51,850 bases of DNA from Octopus bimaculoides (GCF_001194135.2 NC_068987.1:86483362-86535211); one strand, 5' to 3'; positions 1-13,043 are shown, counted from the stretch's first letter. The notes: generated from the sequence alone by a model not told the origin. Made by a program: numbers and translations.

Positions 1-16
1 ATATATATATATATAT

Positions 17-757
17 ACTCAGATGAATACTAATCAAAAGACATTACCCAATATTATTAATAAATGATGGCATTAAACGAGCTAAAGAAATAAATATACG
101 AACATTAAGGGAAGTGAGCCGAAATACTAAACCAGACTTTAAAATACTCTCATACATCTTCACACATAACCCTAGAAACAATGAAACCTTCACCATTATC
201 ATCCAAAATCTACCCATCCTCACAGGAGATAAAACAATGAACAAAATTTTAGGCACACATAAAATTATCAAAAGCAAAATGCAACCTAAATCATTGAAAA
301 AACTATTAACCAGTGCAAGACTATATCCATTAACAACGGTACCAAAAGTGAAAAAATGTGGTCGACCTAACTGTGGTACAAGCACCCACCTTTTGGAGGG
401 TTCAGAGTTCCATTTTAAATAAGGTGAACTATTTAGTATTAAATCAAATTTCACCTGTGCCTCGAAAAAATCTAATCTATGCCAATACATGCTTAGAGTG
501 TGGTAATCATTATATCGGCTAAACAGGAATATCACTCCGTCGAAGAACCACTCGCCACAAAGAACAAATCCTCGACCTACAATACAGACAGATACAGGTC
601 AGTGAACACGTAGAACGGTGTGCTAGGAACATCAATCCTAATTTCCTAATTTTCCCCTTCTATCAACGTTCACAGAACACCTTATACAACAAAGAATTAA
701 TAAAGAGGCAACTTTTATCAATAAATATCTTCCACAACTCAATATGAACACATAACT
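17..757 (+). mobile_element. Penelope-like retroelement 3' part with GIY-YIG endonuclease, disrupted
   Basis: ORF 114..422 (KCGRPNCGTS...) continues through a stop and a frameshift into FTCASK/NLIYANTCLECGNHYIG*TGISLRRRTTRHKEQI. This is the GIY-YIG (NLIY...C..C...YIG.T...L..R...H) signature with the preceding Cys motif typical of PLE endonucleases. Confidence 0.85.
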
Positions 758-2135
758 TAATACAGAACACTACTAACCTTTCAATTAATACCATTCATAC
801 ACCCCATGCACCATTCACATCTACATATAGTTTATATGCATTAGTAATTTCGAGGTCTATGAAATTATATTTCAATTATGTCGTATTACCACAACTGTTT
901 ATCGCCTATATTCGCTTTCATGGAACCTATAGCACCGTATGATAAGAATTACTTGGAGGCAATAACCCGTGTAATTCTATGCAAGTGTATTATTTTCTTG
1001 CAGGATTTAAGTAACCTCTGTTCAATTCTCAATTGCAATGCCGTCGATTTGAATTTTCATATATCTACTGTCAATAACAATAGAAATATGAAATTGATAA
1101 AAGAGGTAATGTGTGTTATTTTATACAATTACAACTCAATATGTTTCTGGGTGGCTCATATATCAGATGACCGTCTTCGATATGCCCAGCATATATTAGA
1201 GTTCATTGTGTTACATCTTAGATGGATTTTAGAATAAAATTTCAAGGTACAGTACTGTGACAACTACTATACGAACAAATGCTTAATATACGACAATAAA
1301 GAACTACATTTCATTGTGAACTGAACTGAAAGCTACTTATCCAACAGTATGCATCTCCATTCAATATCATTAACTTTAGGGCGACTTTATGCATCAGTTG
1401 AGTAAGATAAAATAGCTGATTTCAGGAGAATAGTTTGTTGTATTTTCAGCAGACTTTCGGCTAATAACATCATCAAAGGTACATAATCTAAACAATTCCA
1501 ATAAGAAGCATATAATATTACTGTTCGATGAAGCCAGCCAACTTGAACGCTGCTTCCGGACAAATGTAATAATGCACTAACATACCGCTGTTATAAAGAA
1601 AACATGAAATACACACAAACTGCACTTGTCTGTCGTTCACCTCATATCTATTCTACAACCGGTAATAGTCAAATGTAATTAAACAGATCACAATATTGCA
1701 GGAAAGTACTGCCTCACATGTCTTTTTCCCCTCTTTTTTATATCAATTGCAATACATCTCATCTACTAATATTAGATACGCTGAGCATACAATAAACTAA
1801 AGCAATTTTGAACGTGTATACTTTTAATATATTTCACATCACAATATTTAAGTCTAATCCAATTGTTCGATGCTAATCTCATGTGTGACATAAACAATCG
1901 ATTGTAAATTACATTTCATCGTATAACATTCACACTTTATGACTTACGAATCCCGAGAACATATTCTATTTTGTGAGGCCCACAGCGGCGCTGACTGGGA
2001 GCACAAAGTAATAACATTTTAGCGCACATCTTCACTGATTTTGAAAGAGTTGCTGGGATTTAAATACGGTAATAAACTCGAATAATACAATTCCATTTAG
2101 CAAAACAAAATCAAGCCCCAAAATATACATAATAG

Positions 2136-2249
2136 GTGCAGGTGTGGCTGTGTTGTAAGAAGCTTCGCTCCGAGCCATATGTCTGTAGCCTTGGGCCGAC
2201 CAAAGCCTTGTGGATCGATTTGGAAGACGAAAACTGAAAGAAGCCCGTC

Positions 2250-2250
<1 letters not shown>
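2136..2250 (+). mobile_element. tRNA-derived SINE (GGCTGTGTnGTAAG family), internally deleted, followed by (TA)n(TG)n
   Basis: The head GGCTGTGTTGTAAGAAGCTT matches the head at 17481. The 3' end ...ACTGAAAGAAGCCCGTCG runs into a microsatellite. Confidence 0.6.
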
Positions 2251-2338
<88 letters not shown>

Positions 2339-2349
2339 TTTGTTCCCCC

Positions 2350-2480
2350 TCCACCTTTATGTCCCCAGGCTTAAAACAAAAATTGCTGGCGTCGATGCGT
2401 TCGACTATAAATTCTTCAAGATGCTGCCCCAGCATGGCCGCAGTCGAATGACTGAAACAAGTAAGAGATAAAAGATAACA
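2350..2480 (+). mobile_element. SINE 3' fragment
   Basis: The end CCCCAGCATGGCCGCAGTCGAATGACTGAAACAAGTAAGAGATAAAAGA is similar to the relic at ~19550-19600 (GCAGCATGGCCGAAGTAAATTGACTGAAAC). Confidence 0.5.
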
Positions 2481-4744
2481 GATTATCATTCCTGCTCATT
2501 GAAGTTGAACCGCTTTAAGAACTCTGTACACTTCTAACATCAAATTACTATCGAACACTTTTAACCTTTTGCTTCACAAAATACATCAAACCAACAATAA
2601 ACTCATATTAAAACAGGCACGGTAAATATGTTTCTGTACACGTGTGTCTTTTTTTTTTCCCCGTTTGTACCCGCTTATATGAGAATAAAACAGGATATCG
2701 ACGCCGATATCATTGATATTAAAGAATCAAATTTAAAAGTAGAAAGTGATAGTCATAATTGTAAAAGTCTGTTTTAGTTGAATTACGTGTAGTTTACCTG
2801 AGGCTATATTAATTATCTCAAAATTATTTGAGTAGTAATCTTCATAGCGTATATTATGTAAATAATGTCTACAGCTGAAGCATTTAGCAATCATTCTATA
2901 CAATTCTGTGTTTGGAAATTACGTAATAAATGAAATTTTTCATATTTCTTTCTTTCTTATTTAATCGTTGAAGAGGGTTGGAGATCGATTACACACGTTG
3001 TAAAATGCGCAGTAATGATGGTTTATAAAGAAATCCAATTTCGTCGCCTTTCTTTCACTATATTTTTCTCTCCCTGTGTCATTTTATCTGTCAAGTATTG
3101 TTGTCACTTGCCATGGAACTGCGATCGATCATGCTTTCTTATTAGAGACCCCAGTCAACTGGGAGTGCCACCATGTTTATTCCTTTGTCATATTAATACT
3201 CTTATTGCTGCGGTGTTCATAATATATTAATTTTTTTACCTTTGAGGATGCAGGCAAATCTATTGAAACAATTGAGCAGTTGACAGGTAGTCCCACGTTT
3301 ATAAGGTTTAAAATAATGTATGGTGTGTGTGCACGTGTGGGTACGGCTTGACAAGTTTAATAAAGACTTGTGAATACAACAGCAGATATAAAATAATAAA
3401 CAAAATGGAGAAAAGGGACTTACAAACGCATTTCCAGTCTTTTCTCTATATTCTCGTATCAGGAATAGGAATCTCTGATTACATTCTGACATTTACATGC
3501 TTTAATATCTTATATCCCTATAGACTGATAAAATAAACGAACGTACGTGAAATGGAATATTTTATAATGTCCCATAAGACAGAGAACTTAGAAAATATAA
3601 AATTTATACAACAGTTTTTAATTACGCTCATCCTCCAAGATTCCCTTTTCTAAATAAGATGCAAATAACGAAAACGATACAATACAATATAAATGGAACC
3701 GTCAGCAGATTGTGTTGTGTAATCATTTTCGTTTTTCCTCAATTTATTTCTCCTATAGCTCACAGGATACCTGTTTTAAAATTTTCTTTCGGACGATGTC
3801 AGCCTTGTACGATACTTCAGACTAGTTACTAACCTACAACGTCCACTGGATACATGGATACATTGTATAGCGTAAATATCTTGTTTCTCACAACTCCGTT
3901 TCTCACATCTTAGTCTCTCCCGTCCATATGCACTGGAATCTTCAGAGATAGCATGTGACCAATGTAGTTCCCTCTAATAAACTATCATCACTCGGAACAT
4001 ATATTGTTAAAGTCAGAACGGATGCTAAGATCTAAATTTTTTATTTGTACAGTAAAATGTATAACATGGCTTAATTCGATCACCCTGCAGCTTCCAATAA
4101 TTAACCAAACATAGAAATCGAGATTGTGTTTTTCCATTTGCTATTTCGTTGGTATTTTTTAAACTTTACTTACAGTTTCAACACGAACATGAACAGGTTG
4201 AAATTTCTGTACATCAACACCTATGCATTTTGTCAGTGTACCAACAAACCATTCTTGTTTTAACTATGACAGGAATGCTTTGAAAAAGATGATTTTTTGT
4301 GCTGATTGAATACTCATTGACGATTAATACCCTCTGCAACAATGAGTATCATAATTGACGGTCCAGGGCCACCGTTCAATAATTGGTCATTAGAGCATAT
4401 TATGCAAATTAAGCCCAACAGAAAACAACGGGTAGTTTTTTTTAATTCACCAATTACTAATGTTAACGCGCCTTTACCTAAATTTAATGTGTTCAGTTTA
4501 CATCAAATTTCAAACCTCTGCTTACGGTCAGATCGTATAAATGTTACTAATTTTCCGGACTGTTGCCTCACTTCACATTGCTGGAATATTTCTTTAGACT
4601 TTTCAAGGATATGTTTCAAACTACGTCAATTGGAAATTCAAATCTAAAACATACGTACGTCGCAGCAAAAGTTATTTTCAATCATCCCTCAGAACAGTTT
4701 CATGAACTTATTAATATCATTTTCATTGCCAACATGGGGAGGAG

Positions 4745-4915
4745 TTTCTAAATGTTATACCCCTATGTAATGTCTGCCTGCATCACCTTGTGGTTGGCCG
4801 ATAATTTACAAATTGTACTACTGGGCTCAACTACAACAACAGAACCTCTTTACACAGAGTCGACCGGTTTCCTTACCGCTGCATTGAATTCATGTGTATT
4901 TTCCTTCAAACTGAT
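4745..4915. repeat. Local duplicate (segment Y, copy 1) of 5553-5720
   Basis: Colinear high similarity, e.g. CCTTGTGGTTGGCCGATAATTTACAAATTGTACTACTG is identical in both copies. Confidence 0.9.
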
Positions 4916-4921
4916 TTATAT

Positions 4922-4961
<40 letters not shown>

Positions 4962-5212
4962 CAATGAAGAAATAAATGACATAGATAGCCACTTTATATA
5001 GCTCAACCAATTAGCGCTCTGATAGAACTTCAGGAATATAAAATTAAGAAGAAAAAGCAAATTCAAAGGCCGACATACATATTCATTCAATCCGTATTAA
5101 CGAAGTTCTCCATGGTATACAAAGTGCATACATAGAATCTAAGAATCGATAAATACATACATATACACGAAAATTTATAAATATATAAAAATTCAGCAGA
5201 AACTCCATCTAA

Positions 5213-5264
5213 GAATATCTGAAGAAGGAATTGTATTCCGAAATATCATCGGACTATAGATAAC
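5213..5264 (+). ncRNA. Minimal type I hammerhead ribozyme-like motif
   Basis: CTGAAGA(5219-5225)-A-GGAAT/TGT/ATTCC (perfect 5-bp stem II)-GAAA-TAT-C, with a palindromic zero-loop stem III and an AUC cleavage triplet. Stem I has only 2 core-proximal bp. Confidence 0.5.
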
Positions 5265-5422
5265 TAAATTACATTAGGTATATAGTCCAATTTTTGTATT
5301 ATAGAGCATTGTTGTACCATTCAAAACATTTTGTCCTTTACACACATAAACATTTACAAACACATAAAAAAATTCATACATGTAAATATATAAAAAAAAG
5401 TGTAAGTATCTCTATATATAAT

Positions 5423-5720
5423 AACACAGATGGCATTCACTACATCTATTTCAGACGTGTTTTTCTGTTGATGAACCAATCGATTACACCATGCAAGAAA
5501 AAAAAATCGGTTTTCTTCCGGTGAATTAGAAATAAGATTTTAATTTTAGGATTTTCTAAATGTTATACCCTAATGTAACGCCTGCCTGCATCGCCTTGTG
5601 GTTGGCCGATAATTTACAAATTGTACTACTGAGTCTAACCACAACAACACAACTTCCTTACACAAAGTCTATCGGTTTCCTAATCGCTGCATTTAATTCA
5701 TGTGTATTTCACTTCAAACC
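5423..5720. repeat. Segments X+Y, duplicated separately at 6580-6720 (X) and 4745-4915 (Y)
   Basis: X: GGCATTCA..ATCTATTTCAGA.GTGTTTTTCT.TTGATGAAC.AATCGATTAC...GGTTTTCTTCC.GTGAATTA is shared with 6580-6720. Confidence 0.9.
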
Positions 5721-6579
5721 AATTCGTATATTAGAAGTATCTCTTTGCCCATTTTATCACGCAGATTTCATTGCCAAATAACAAGGGACTAATAATGTTT
5801 ACAGGATAGTCCCGAACAGCGCCTCTTTGAAATGGTGGGTTTATTAGTCCATTCAGTCGCAAGGCTCATGAAAATATCTAGAATGCTAAAAATACCTTAC
5901 ATTCTGTAAAGTCGAAAAATAGGAAACTAGTCAAACTGTAATAATGTTCTCTCCCGCTTAAGAACGGGTAGACCTACAACAGATGTGTTAATGCGTGGAT
6001 GTGGCATTGTGTGTGTGTGCGTTAAAGACGCTTTGAGAGGTCAGCAGCTATAGTGACAGGTGTGTAAATGCGTGGGTGGGTGGGGACGCGCGCGCGCACT
6101 TGCAGGCGTGCCTAGATGGAGTGTCAATAGTGAGTCAGAGGTAGCAGGAGTCTGAAGGGGATGTGAGAATCGGTGGGTGTGGCTGTTTGAATGAGTGTTT
6201 GTGTGCGTGGNNNNNNNNNNNNNNNNNNNNNNNNNNNNNNNNNNNNNNNNNNNNNNNNNNNNNNNNNNNNNNNNNNNNNNNNNNNNNNNNNNNNNNNNNN
6301 NNNNNNNNNNNNNNNNNNNNNNNNNNNNNNNNNNNNNNNNNNNNNNNNNNNNNNNNNNNNNNNNNNNNNNNNNNNNNNNNNNNNNNNNNNNNNNNNNNNN
6401 NNNNNNNNNNNNNNNNNNNNNNNNNNNNNNNNNNNNNNNNNNNNNNNNNNNNNNNNNNNNNNNNNNNNNNNNNNNNNNNNNNNNNNNNNNNNNNNNNNNN
6501 NNNNNNNNNNNNNNNNNNNNNNNNNNNNNNNNNNNNNNNNNNNNNNNNNNNNNNNNNNNNNNNNNNNNNNNNNNNNNNN

Positions 6580-6720
6580 CACAGGTGGCATTCATAATAT
6601 CTATTTCAGATGTGTTTTTCTATTGATGAACGAATCGATTACTCATGTAAAAATAAAAATATTTTAAAAAAACGGTTTTCTTCCAGTGAATTAAAAATAA
6701 AATTTGAATTTTAGGATTTT
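6580..6720. repeat. Local duplicate (segment X, copy 2) of 5423-5555
   Basis: Direct sequence similarity, starting right after an N gap. Confidence 0.85.
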
Positions 6721-6971
6721 CACACAAATGCTATATAATGCATAACAACTCTCACATCGCGGTGCTGGTTGAGAGAGCAAATTAGGAATGTTATTTCGAT
6801 GTTAAATATACACGGCAATAAATCTATCAACAACTTCATTATTTATGTATATGGTATGTATATGCATATGGTGTGTGTGTGTATGTGTGTGTATTTGTTT
6901 GTGACTGTGTGTTTGTGTTTTTGTGTGCGTATGTCTGTATTTCTGTGTGTGAGTGTGTGTTTACAGCTGAT

Positions 6972-7018
<47 letters not shown>

Positions 7019-8705
7019 GAGAGAGAGAAAATAAGTAATCCTACACACATAGAAATGAGGAAACCAACAACAATATAAAAACGAAAATCAAACTGAATAT
7101 GTTCTTTTAATACCGTCGTAGATAGAAGTACATTCGGGAGATAAATTGTTTTCTGCGATACACTTCTCCAGAGATATATTATACTATCTATCATAATTGC
7201 TCCATTAAAATAAGACATTTCTCCGAAATTTTGAGGATGTGCAGGCAACATTAATATATAAATGTCAAAGGAAAATTTACATTACCCAATGAAATTTCAA
7301 ATGAATTATAAATGAGCTTCATCAGCATTCATTAATATAAAGGTTATTTGCTATTATATTCTATTATGGTGCCCTAATGCCTACAGCTATTTTATGAATA
7401 TGTCATCCCTTTAAGATATTTATCTCATTCTGCTCTATACTTAGATGTTTCGAAGAGAATCGTATTTACAATACTTAATATCATGCTATGAAGTTTAGTA
7501 ATGCATCTCAGCGTTTATTGTAAAATCAGTAAGTTTTCCTCAGAGAGCAACGGTTGTCGTTTTATGCTAGACCACCTTATTTGACCTGAGGATTCCAACA
7601 ATATTAAGCTATGTGATATATACTTTAATTAATTTCAGATGATTATAGAATTGATCAATTGTATATGTTAACGGTAATCATTAACTAGAAATTAATAATA
7701 AAATTGTTATGGAAATGTTCTCCCCTTAATGATTTCTATTGTAATGCAGTTACAAATTTTATCGAGATCGGTCAGGTGAAAAGTAAAATCGACCTCAAGG
7801 TTAATTAAACGAAGAATTAGACAAACTATAGAGCGTAGACTAACTGGCTCACTTCTAATCTATTATTTACTTTTCAACCGTTATATATATTTCTGAGAGT
7901 GTTTGTGTGTGTGTGTAGGATTGTATACAGAAATGTGTGTAAATACACATATATGTATATATGTATCAATATATGTGTGCGTGGGTGTATGTATGTTTGC
8001 ATGTATATGTGTGTGTGTATGTAGGAATTTATGGATAAACGCTAGTGTTTTCTTAAGTAGCCATTATTTCTTGAAGATTCAGTGGTTTAAATGAGAACGT
8101 GTGAACCGTGAATTCACCAAGATTTTCTGAATATTCCCAAATATGGCGAACAAAATATCAATGCATCGTTCTGAAAACATTGTATTGTAATTACATTTAG
8201 TTCTTTTCATAGTTTCATTTACGCATTAGTTGCACAAGAATGTGCAATATTCGTAATTTTGTCAGGGTCCCTGTAACTGAAGGGCATACACCCTGAGAGG
8301 GGACGCATGAATTGAAGATACACAAGATTGTCAGAGAATGTTAAACCAAGTGACATATGAAGTGTACTTCTCAAGATCATGTAACTCACTCCGTGGAAGT
8401 CCCCTTTCAGTTTGGTTGCTATCTAACTTCTGGATCGTGTAAGAATTAAGCACAAATTCGATTCAACAGGATTTTAATCATAGAATAAAGAGAGATGCCC
8501 TAAATATGGCAAAATATATACTTTTTATTTTAAACCTTACATTATGGCAATAAGTATTTTTGAAGTAATCCTTTTTAATATAGGCCTGGTGTGGGAAGGG
8601 AACTAGTCGATACCAGTACTCAAATGGTACTCGTTTGATTGGTATTAAAATGATGAAAGCTAAAATGGAACTCGGGGGTGGTAGGAGTCTGGATTTTGGA
8701 CTGTC

Positions 8706-9141
8706 CTAATAGACATAAATGTATCTGTCAAGACCTACCAAAAACTGAGCAAGTATAAAGATCTTGAAATGGAAATTAGCAGCATGTGGAACTTCAAGAC
8801 TAAAACAATACCTGTTGTCATAGGTGCCCTAGAAATGATAGCAAAAGGGGTTGATACCTACCTAACTCAGATGTCAGGAAACCCCCAAAATGGCAGAAAT
8901 TCAAAAGATAGTGCTCATGGGAACTGCCCATATGCTACCTAAAATACTGTCTATGTAATCTCAAATTTTAAAACAAACTCATTTTCTTGTTTTCTTAAAT
9001 ATTCTCTAGAACAATACTATGTGTAAAACCATACATGACACCCTAGGCATAACACCAGCATGAACTTCTAGCTTGTTATCTCTTGAGGTCCCTGGGTGTG
9101 ACTTGGAGTCAACTTGTACAAATACAAAGCAAAAGTTAAAC

Positions 9142-9142
<1 letters not shown>
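8706..9142 (+). mobile_element. R4/Dong-like RLE non-LTR retrotransposon, 5'-truncated 3' end with (AAT)n tail
   Basis: LIDINVSVKTYQKLSKYKDLEMEISSMWNFKTKTIPVVIGALEM...(frameshift)MAEIQKIVLMGTAHMLPKILSM* is the C-terminal restriction-like endonuclease segment. It is followed by a 3'UTR and then (AAT)n. Confidence 0.85.
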
Positions 9143-9189
<47 letters not shown>

Positions 9190-9221
9190 TAATAATAATA
9201 ATAATAAGGATAATAATAATA
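9143..9221. repeat. (AAT)n microsatellite
   Basis: Direct. Confidence 0.95.
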
Positions 9222-9360
9222 ATCCAGAAGGCAACATTGTTGGGTACTGCTCGCATTCTAAGGAGAGTATTGTCTTTTTGAGTCACAGAAGGCACTACTT
9301 GAAACCTTTGGTGATTTGTTATTGCCTGTTTTCAAGTAAAGAATAAGTGGTAATTAATAA
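9222..9360 (+). mobile_element. Second, extremely 5'-truncated R4/Dong-like 3' end embedded in (AAT)n
   Basis: IQKATLLGTARILRRVLSF* (9222-9281) is the same terminal motif as in the 8706 copy, but with a different 3'UTR. Confidence 0.75.
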
Positions 9361-9375
9361 TTATCCGAGAGGCTT

Positions 9376-9610
<235 letters not shown>

Positions 9611-11108
9611 AATGGAAACTAATGCTAATATTTCTGCGGCAATAGAAGGGATTATACAGAGATGAGCGAATATTGATAGGTAGTTCCATGCTTCTCTGCC
9701 AAAATAGCGTAAATGCTACAGCTCAGACAAGTAATAAAAGAAATTAAATATATTAAACGTAAATTGGACGATGGTGAATAATTCTTTTCATGACGATTTA
9801 CCACCATTCCATGCTACTTAACTGAACAATAAAATACTACTTCTGGTTCCATGAGAACTAGCCATGTGTTATCGAGAGGTTTGAATCGAAACGGAATAAC
9901 AATGATATTGAAATACCAGCTGTTCATCTTACGTGTTGTGAAGAATCAAACACTTTCTATGTTGGTTTATTACATAAGGAGAATTATAACTAACATCTAG
10001 TGAAAAGAGATTATGTTCATGACAGACCTCAAATATAAAGTTTATAATTTATAAAGAGCTAATAATCAATATATTACGCTTGGTTTTAGCGTATTCTTTA
10101 ATATAATACTAATAGCTGATATAAAAAGGTGCTACAACTATTTATTATTTCCTGTATATCATTATTAGTTTACGCTATATATTCAGACGTTCAGATTAAT
10201 ATATTGCAATAAATGAAGTTACGGGATATTTTCGTATTTTCTGAAGCCAATAGACACTTTTTTTTTCTGAATCTTTTTTTATATTCTTATTTTCAATGCG
10301 TATACTTATTCATTTTCGCAAATTTGCTGCCTAGAGAATATTCCCAAAGTTTCTAAAATCTACTTGTGTGAGTGGATTTAGTGAGGGAAATAGTCCATTA
10401 GTTAGATAAAAACTATAAGGAATTTTGGGAGATAAACTGATTTATAGATTGAAACTCACTTATGTCATGTCGGTATATTGTAGGGAAAGACAATTTAATT
10501 ATTATAATTTAGTTTACATAAATACAGAAAGCAATATGAATTTGGGAAGATTATCTGCAATAGGCAAGCCAAATGTTCATATTGTTGAAAACTAAGTATC
10601 AGAACTGAGGAACTACTCCATGTGAAACAAGTGATTGGCTTCTTGCAAGTCGATTCCATTTACATTGTGCCAAAAATATTTTCTTTAAAACATTAACCAC
10701 ATGAATTAAAAAAGCACACTTTTTAAGTGGCTCAGTCCATAGGATACGCATATTATACAATTATCATCAATTTGGTCAAAACATAATTCTGAAATGAAGA
10801 AATTTTAGTAAGGTATGAAATCCTTACAAGAACTTGCAGATGTTGGTTAGGTCCATGTTGGTCAAGAGATATTTGAGCCTGGAATTATGAAGAATAAACT
10901 ATCAATAAAAAAAAATCAATTCGAGGATATGAGTATTTATTAAATTTTATTAAACTTGACCAATATTTTTCAAGCAATGAACAATTTTCATCAAACGAAT
11001 GACATAATTCGTCGACTTGGAACTTATTGCGAAGCTGCATGATAAATAACATATTTTGCCTTTCCATTCGTGGGGGTGGTGAGTACAATTTTTTCTGTTT
11101 AACCTCTT

Positions 11109-11165
<57 letters not shown>

Positions 11166-11224
11166 NNNNNNNNNNTTAACCTCTTTATTTCTCTCTCTCT
11201 CTCTCTCTCTCTATTTCTGTTGAT

Positions 11225-11575
11225 TGTTTTCAACCATCACCATCACCAGTACCACCACCATCACCACCACAACTGCCATACACAAACCATTCAGAATTCT
11301 GATGTCACCGACATCAATACCTTTGATCTCGCTGCCTTCCGTCCAACACCATCATCACTGTATTTCACATCCCTTACTATCACCGTCATGCTTGAGCGCC
11401 TCAGCTACCACCACCACCACCACCACCACCATCATCATCATTATCACCATCGCCTCCGCCTCTATCACAACTACAGCTCAAACTATTACTATCAGCCAAT
11501 TACCATCTCAACTGTCATTCTACTACCGCCCTCGTCGTCTCAATACCTACTATTACTCTCACCCCACCAAGAGGA
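11225..11575. repeat. CAC/CAT/TAC low-complexity trinucleotide region
   Basis: Direct. It yields poly-His and poly-Thr ORFs in two frames. Confidence 0.8.
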
Positions 11576-11699
11576 GTAGAAGTGTCATTGAATAGTTGGA
11601 GAGGGGGTCAAATTGTGACACACTGATACACAGGTAGTCATTTTGGCACGTATTATTATAGATAAATACACTTTTATCTCTGGCGAATTTAAAACTACA

Positions 11700-12860
11700 C
11701 CATGGGATGAAGACTATCTTTGAACATTTTCAAAGTACGTCTTTGTGCAAATATATGATGACAGAGACGGCGAGCGACGTTCATTGGGAAATCCGTAAAA
11801 TAAATCACGAACGATATGTTGGAGAAGTATAAAAAACATGAGGACGTTTAAGCAGAATTGCAACACAATGTAATGTAGACAAATTGCAGGCAATTCGGCA
11901 AGAAAAGTAATTGTCATGTAGTAGAGAAAAATAAAGTGGCTATGAAAACGATTTTAAGAGATTAAAGGCAGGTATTCTAGCAATAAATTAAAGAGGTATC
12001 TTAATAAGAATTGATTTAATCACTGAAAATAAACCGGGTGCAAACATTTCAAATGCGGAAGTAGAAAAGATTAGGACGAAAAAATTAATAGAAAGGTTGT
12101 CAGATTCTCTGCAGTACACAACCGCCAGAATTGTGGAGATCCAACTTGAATGTACGTAAAGGAATTTCAAATGGTGATGATTACCAAATGATGCCGTGAT
12201 ATAACTGAGATACAGAAGTAAGTAAAGCCTGTTGAGGGTGAATCTCAAGGCCCAGGTAGATGTTGATATTTTCAAGCAGTGACATAGAACGCCTCTAAGC
12301 AAAATGAAAACAAGGGGACAGATTCTTAACATCAATCCAAACTGCCGATGAGTTTCGTATCATCTTTTAACCACTAAGTGTCGGAGTGCATACTCTGACC
12401 AGATCTACGAGGCAGATAATATCATGAGACTTGGAAAGCAGCCCCTTGAGCAGCATTCTTTGTTTGATAACCTCGAATACATGTTCAAAGAATTGACGCG
12501 ACTCTACAGTAACATGTCATCAGATGAAAGGATGATCGTGAAGACCATACATGGATGTGTAAAATAGGAGAGATCAGTTGCCCTGCAGATGTTAATGTAC
12601 AGTTAAAGATCAGTGAAAAAGAAAATACCTACTTTGACCTATTGAGAAATCTACCGTCACTCTACTTATATTACAAGTTCAGGTTTTTACCTGCAACTAT
12701 TGGTGCACGGAGAAATGTAGCACACTGCCTAAGAAGCAGTCTTGAGAAACAGGGTTTGTCGAAGTGAAAAAGGACAAAACTGATTCGACGACTACAGATC
12801 CAAGCCCTCACTGAGTAGTAAACATTCGGAAACCATTCCAGTTCATCATTTAAATATAGA
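11700..12860 (+). mobile_element. Degenerate R2-group (RLE-bearing) non-LTR retrotransposon 3' part
   Basis: ORF 12555..12767 CKIGEISCPADVNVQLKISEKENTYFDLLRNL...FLPATIGARRNV...SLEKQGLSK*...LIRRLQIQAL resembles the RLE C-terminus (IEISCPAD.N...K..EK...Y..L...L...P..IGA.G). The 5' boundary is approximate. Confidence 0.7.
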
Positions 12861-12924
12861 TGCGCATGTTTAGACATGCAGCTATATGCATGAAAATGCA
12901 AGCATGAAACAAAACATACAAATC

Positions 12925-12996
12925 TGCACATGCACCGAACACCGCACATGCACCGATTACTGCACATGCACCGAATATTGCACATGCACATAGATA
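12925..12996. repeat. 18-bp minisatellite, 4 copies, consensus TGCACATGCACCGAATAC
   Basis: Units start at 12925, 12943, 12961 and 12979. Confidence 0.85.
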
Positions 12997-13009
12997 AATG
13001 CACACATAA

Positions 13010-13043
<34 letters not shown>

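Noticed and set aside
44-535. 163-aa minus-strand ORF
   Set aside because: It is the antisense shadow of the Penelope endonuclease region.
4250-4647. Possible hAT dimerisation-domain relic (…RLIPSATMSIIIDGPGPP…) and ORF 4342..4647
   Set aside because: The resemblance to hAT C-termini (R.F, SIEGP) needs several assumed mutations, and no TIR or TSD was found.
11220-11595. His-rich and Thr-rich ORFs
   Set aside because: Low-complexity trinucleotide sequence open in multiple frames, with no splice or homology support.
12925-12996. CRISPR-like array
   Set aside because: Contiguous 18-bp units without unique spacers, no cas genes, and a eukaryotic context.
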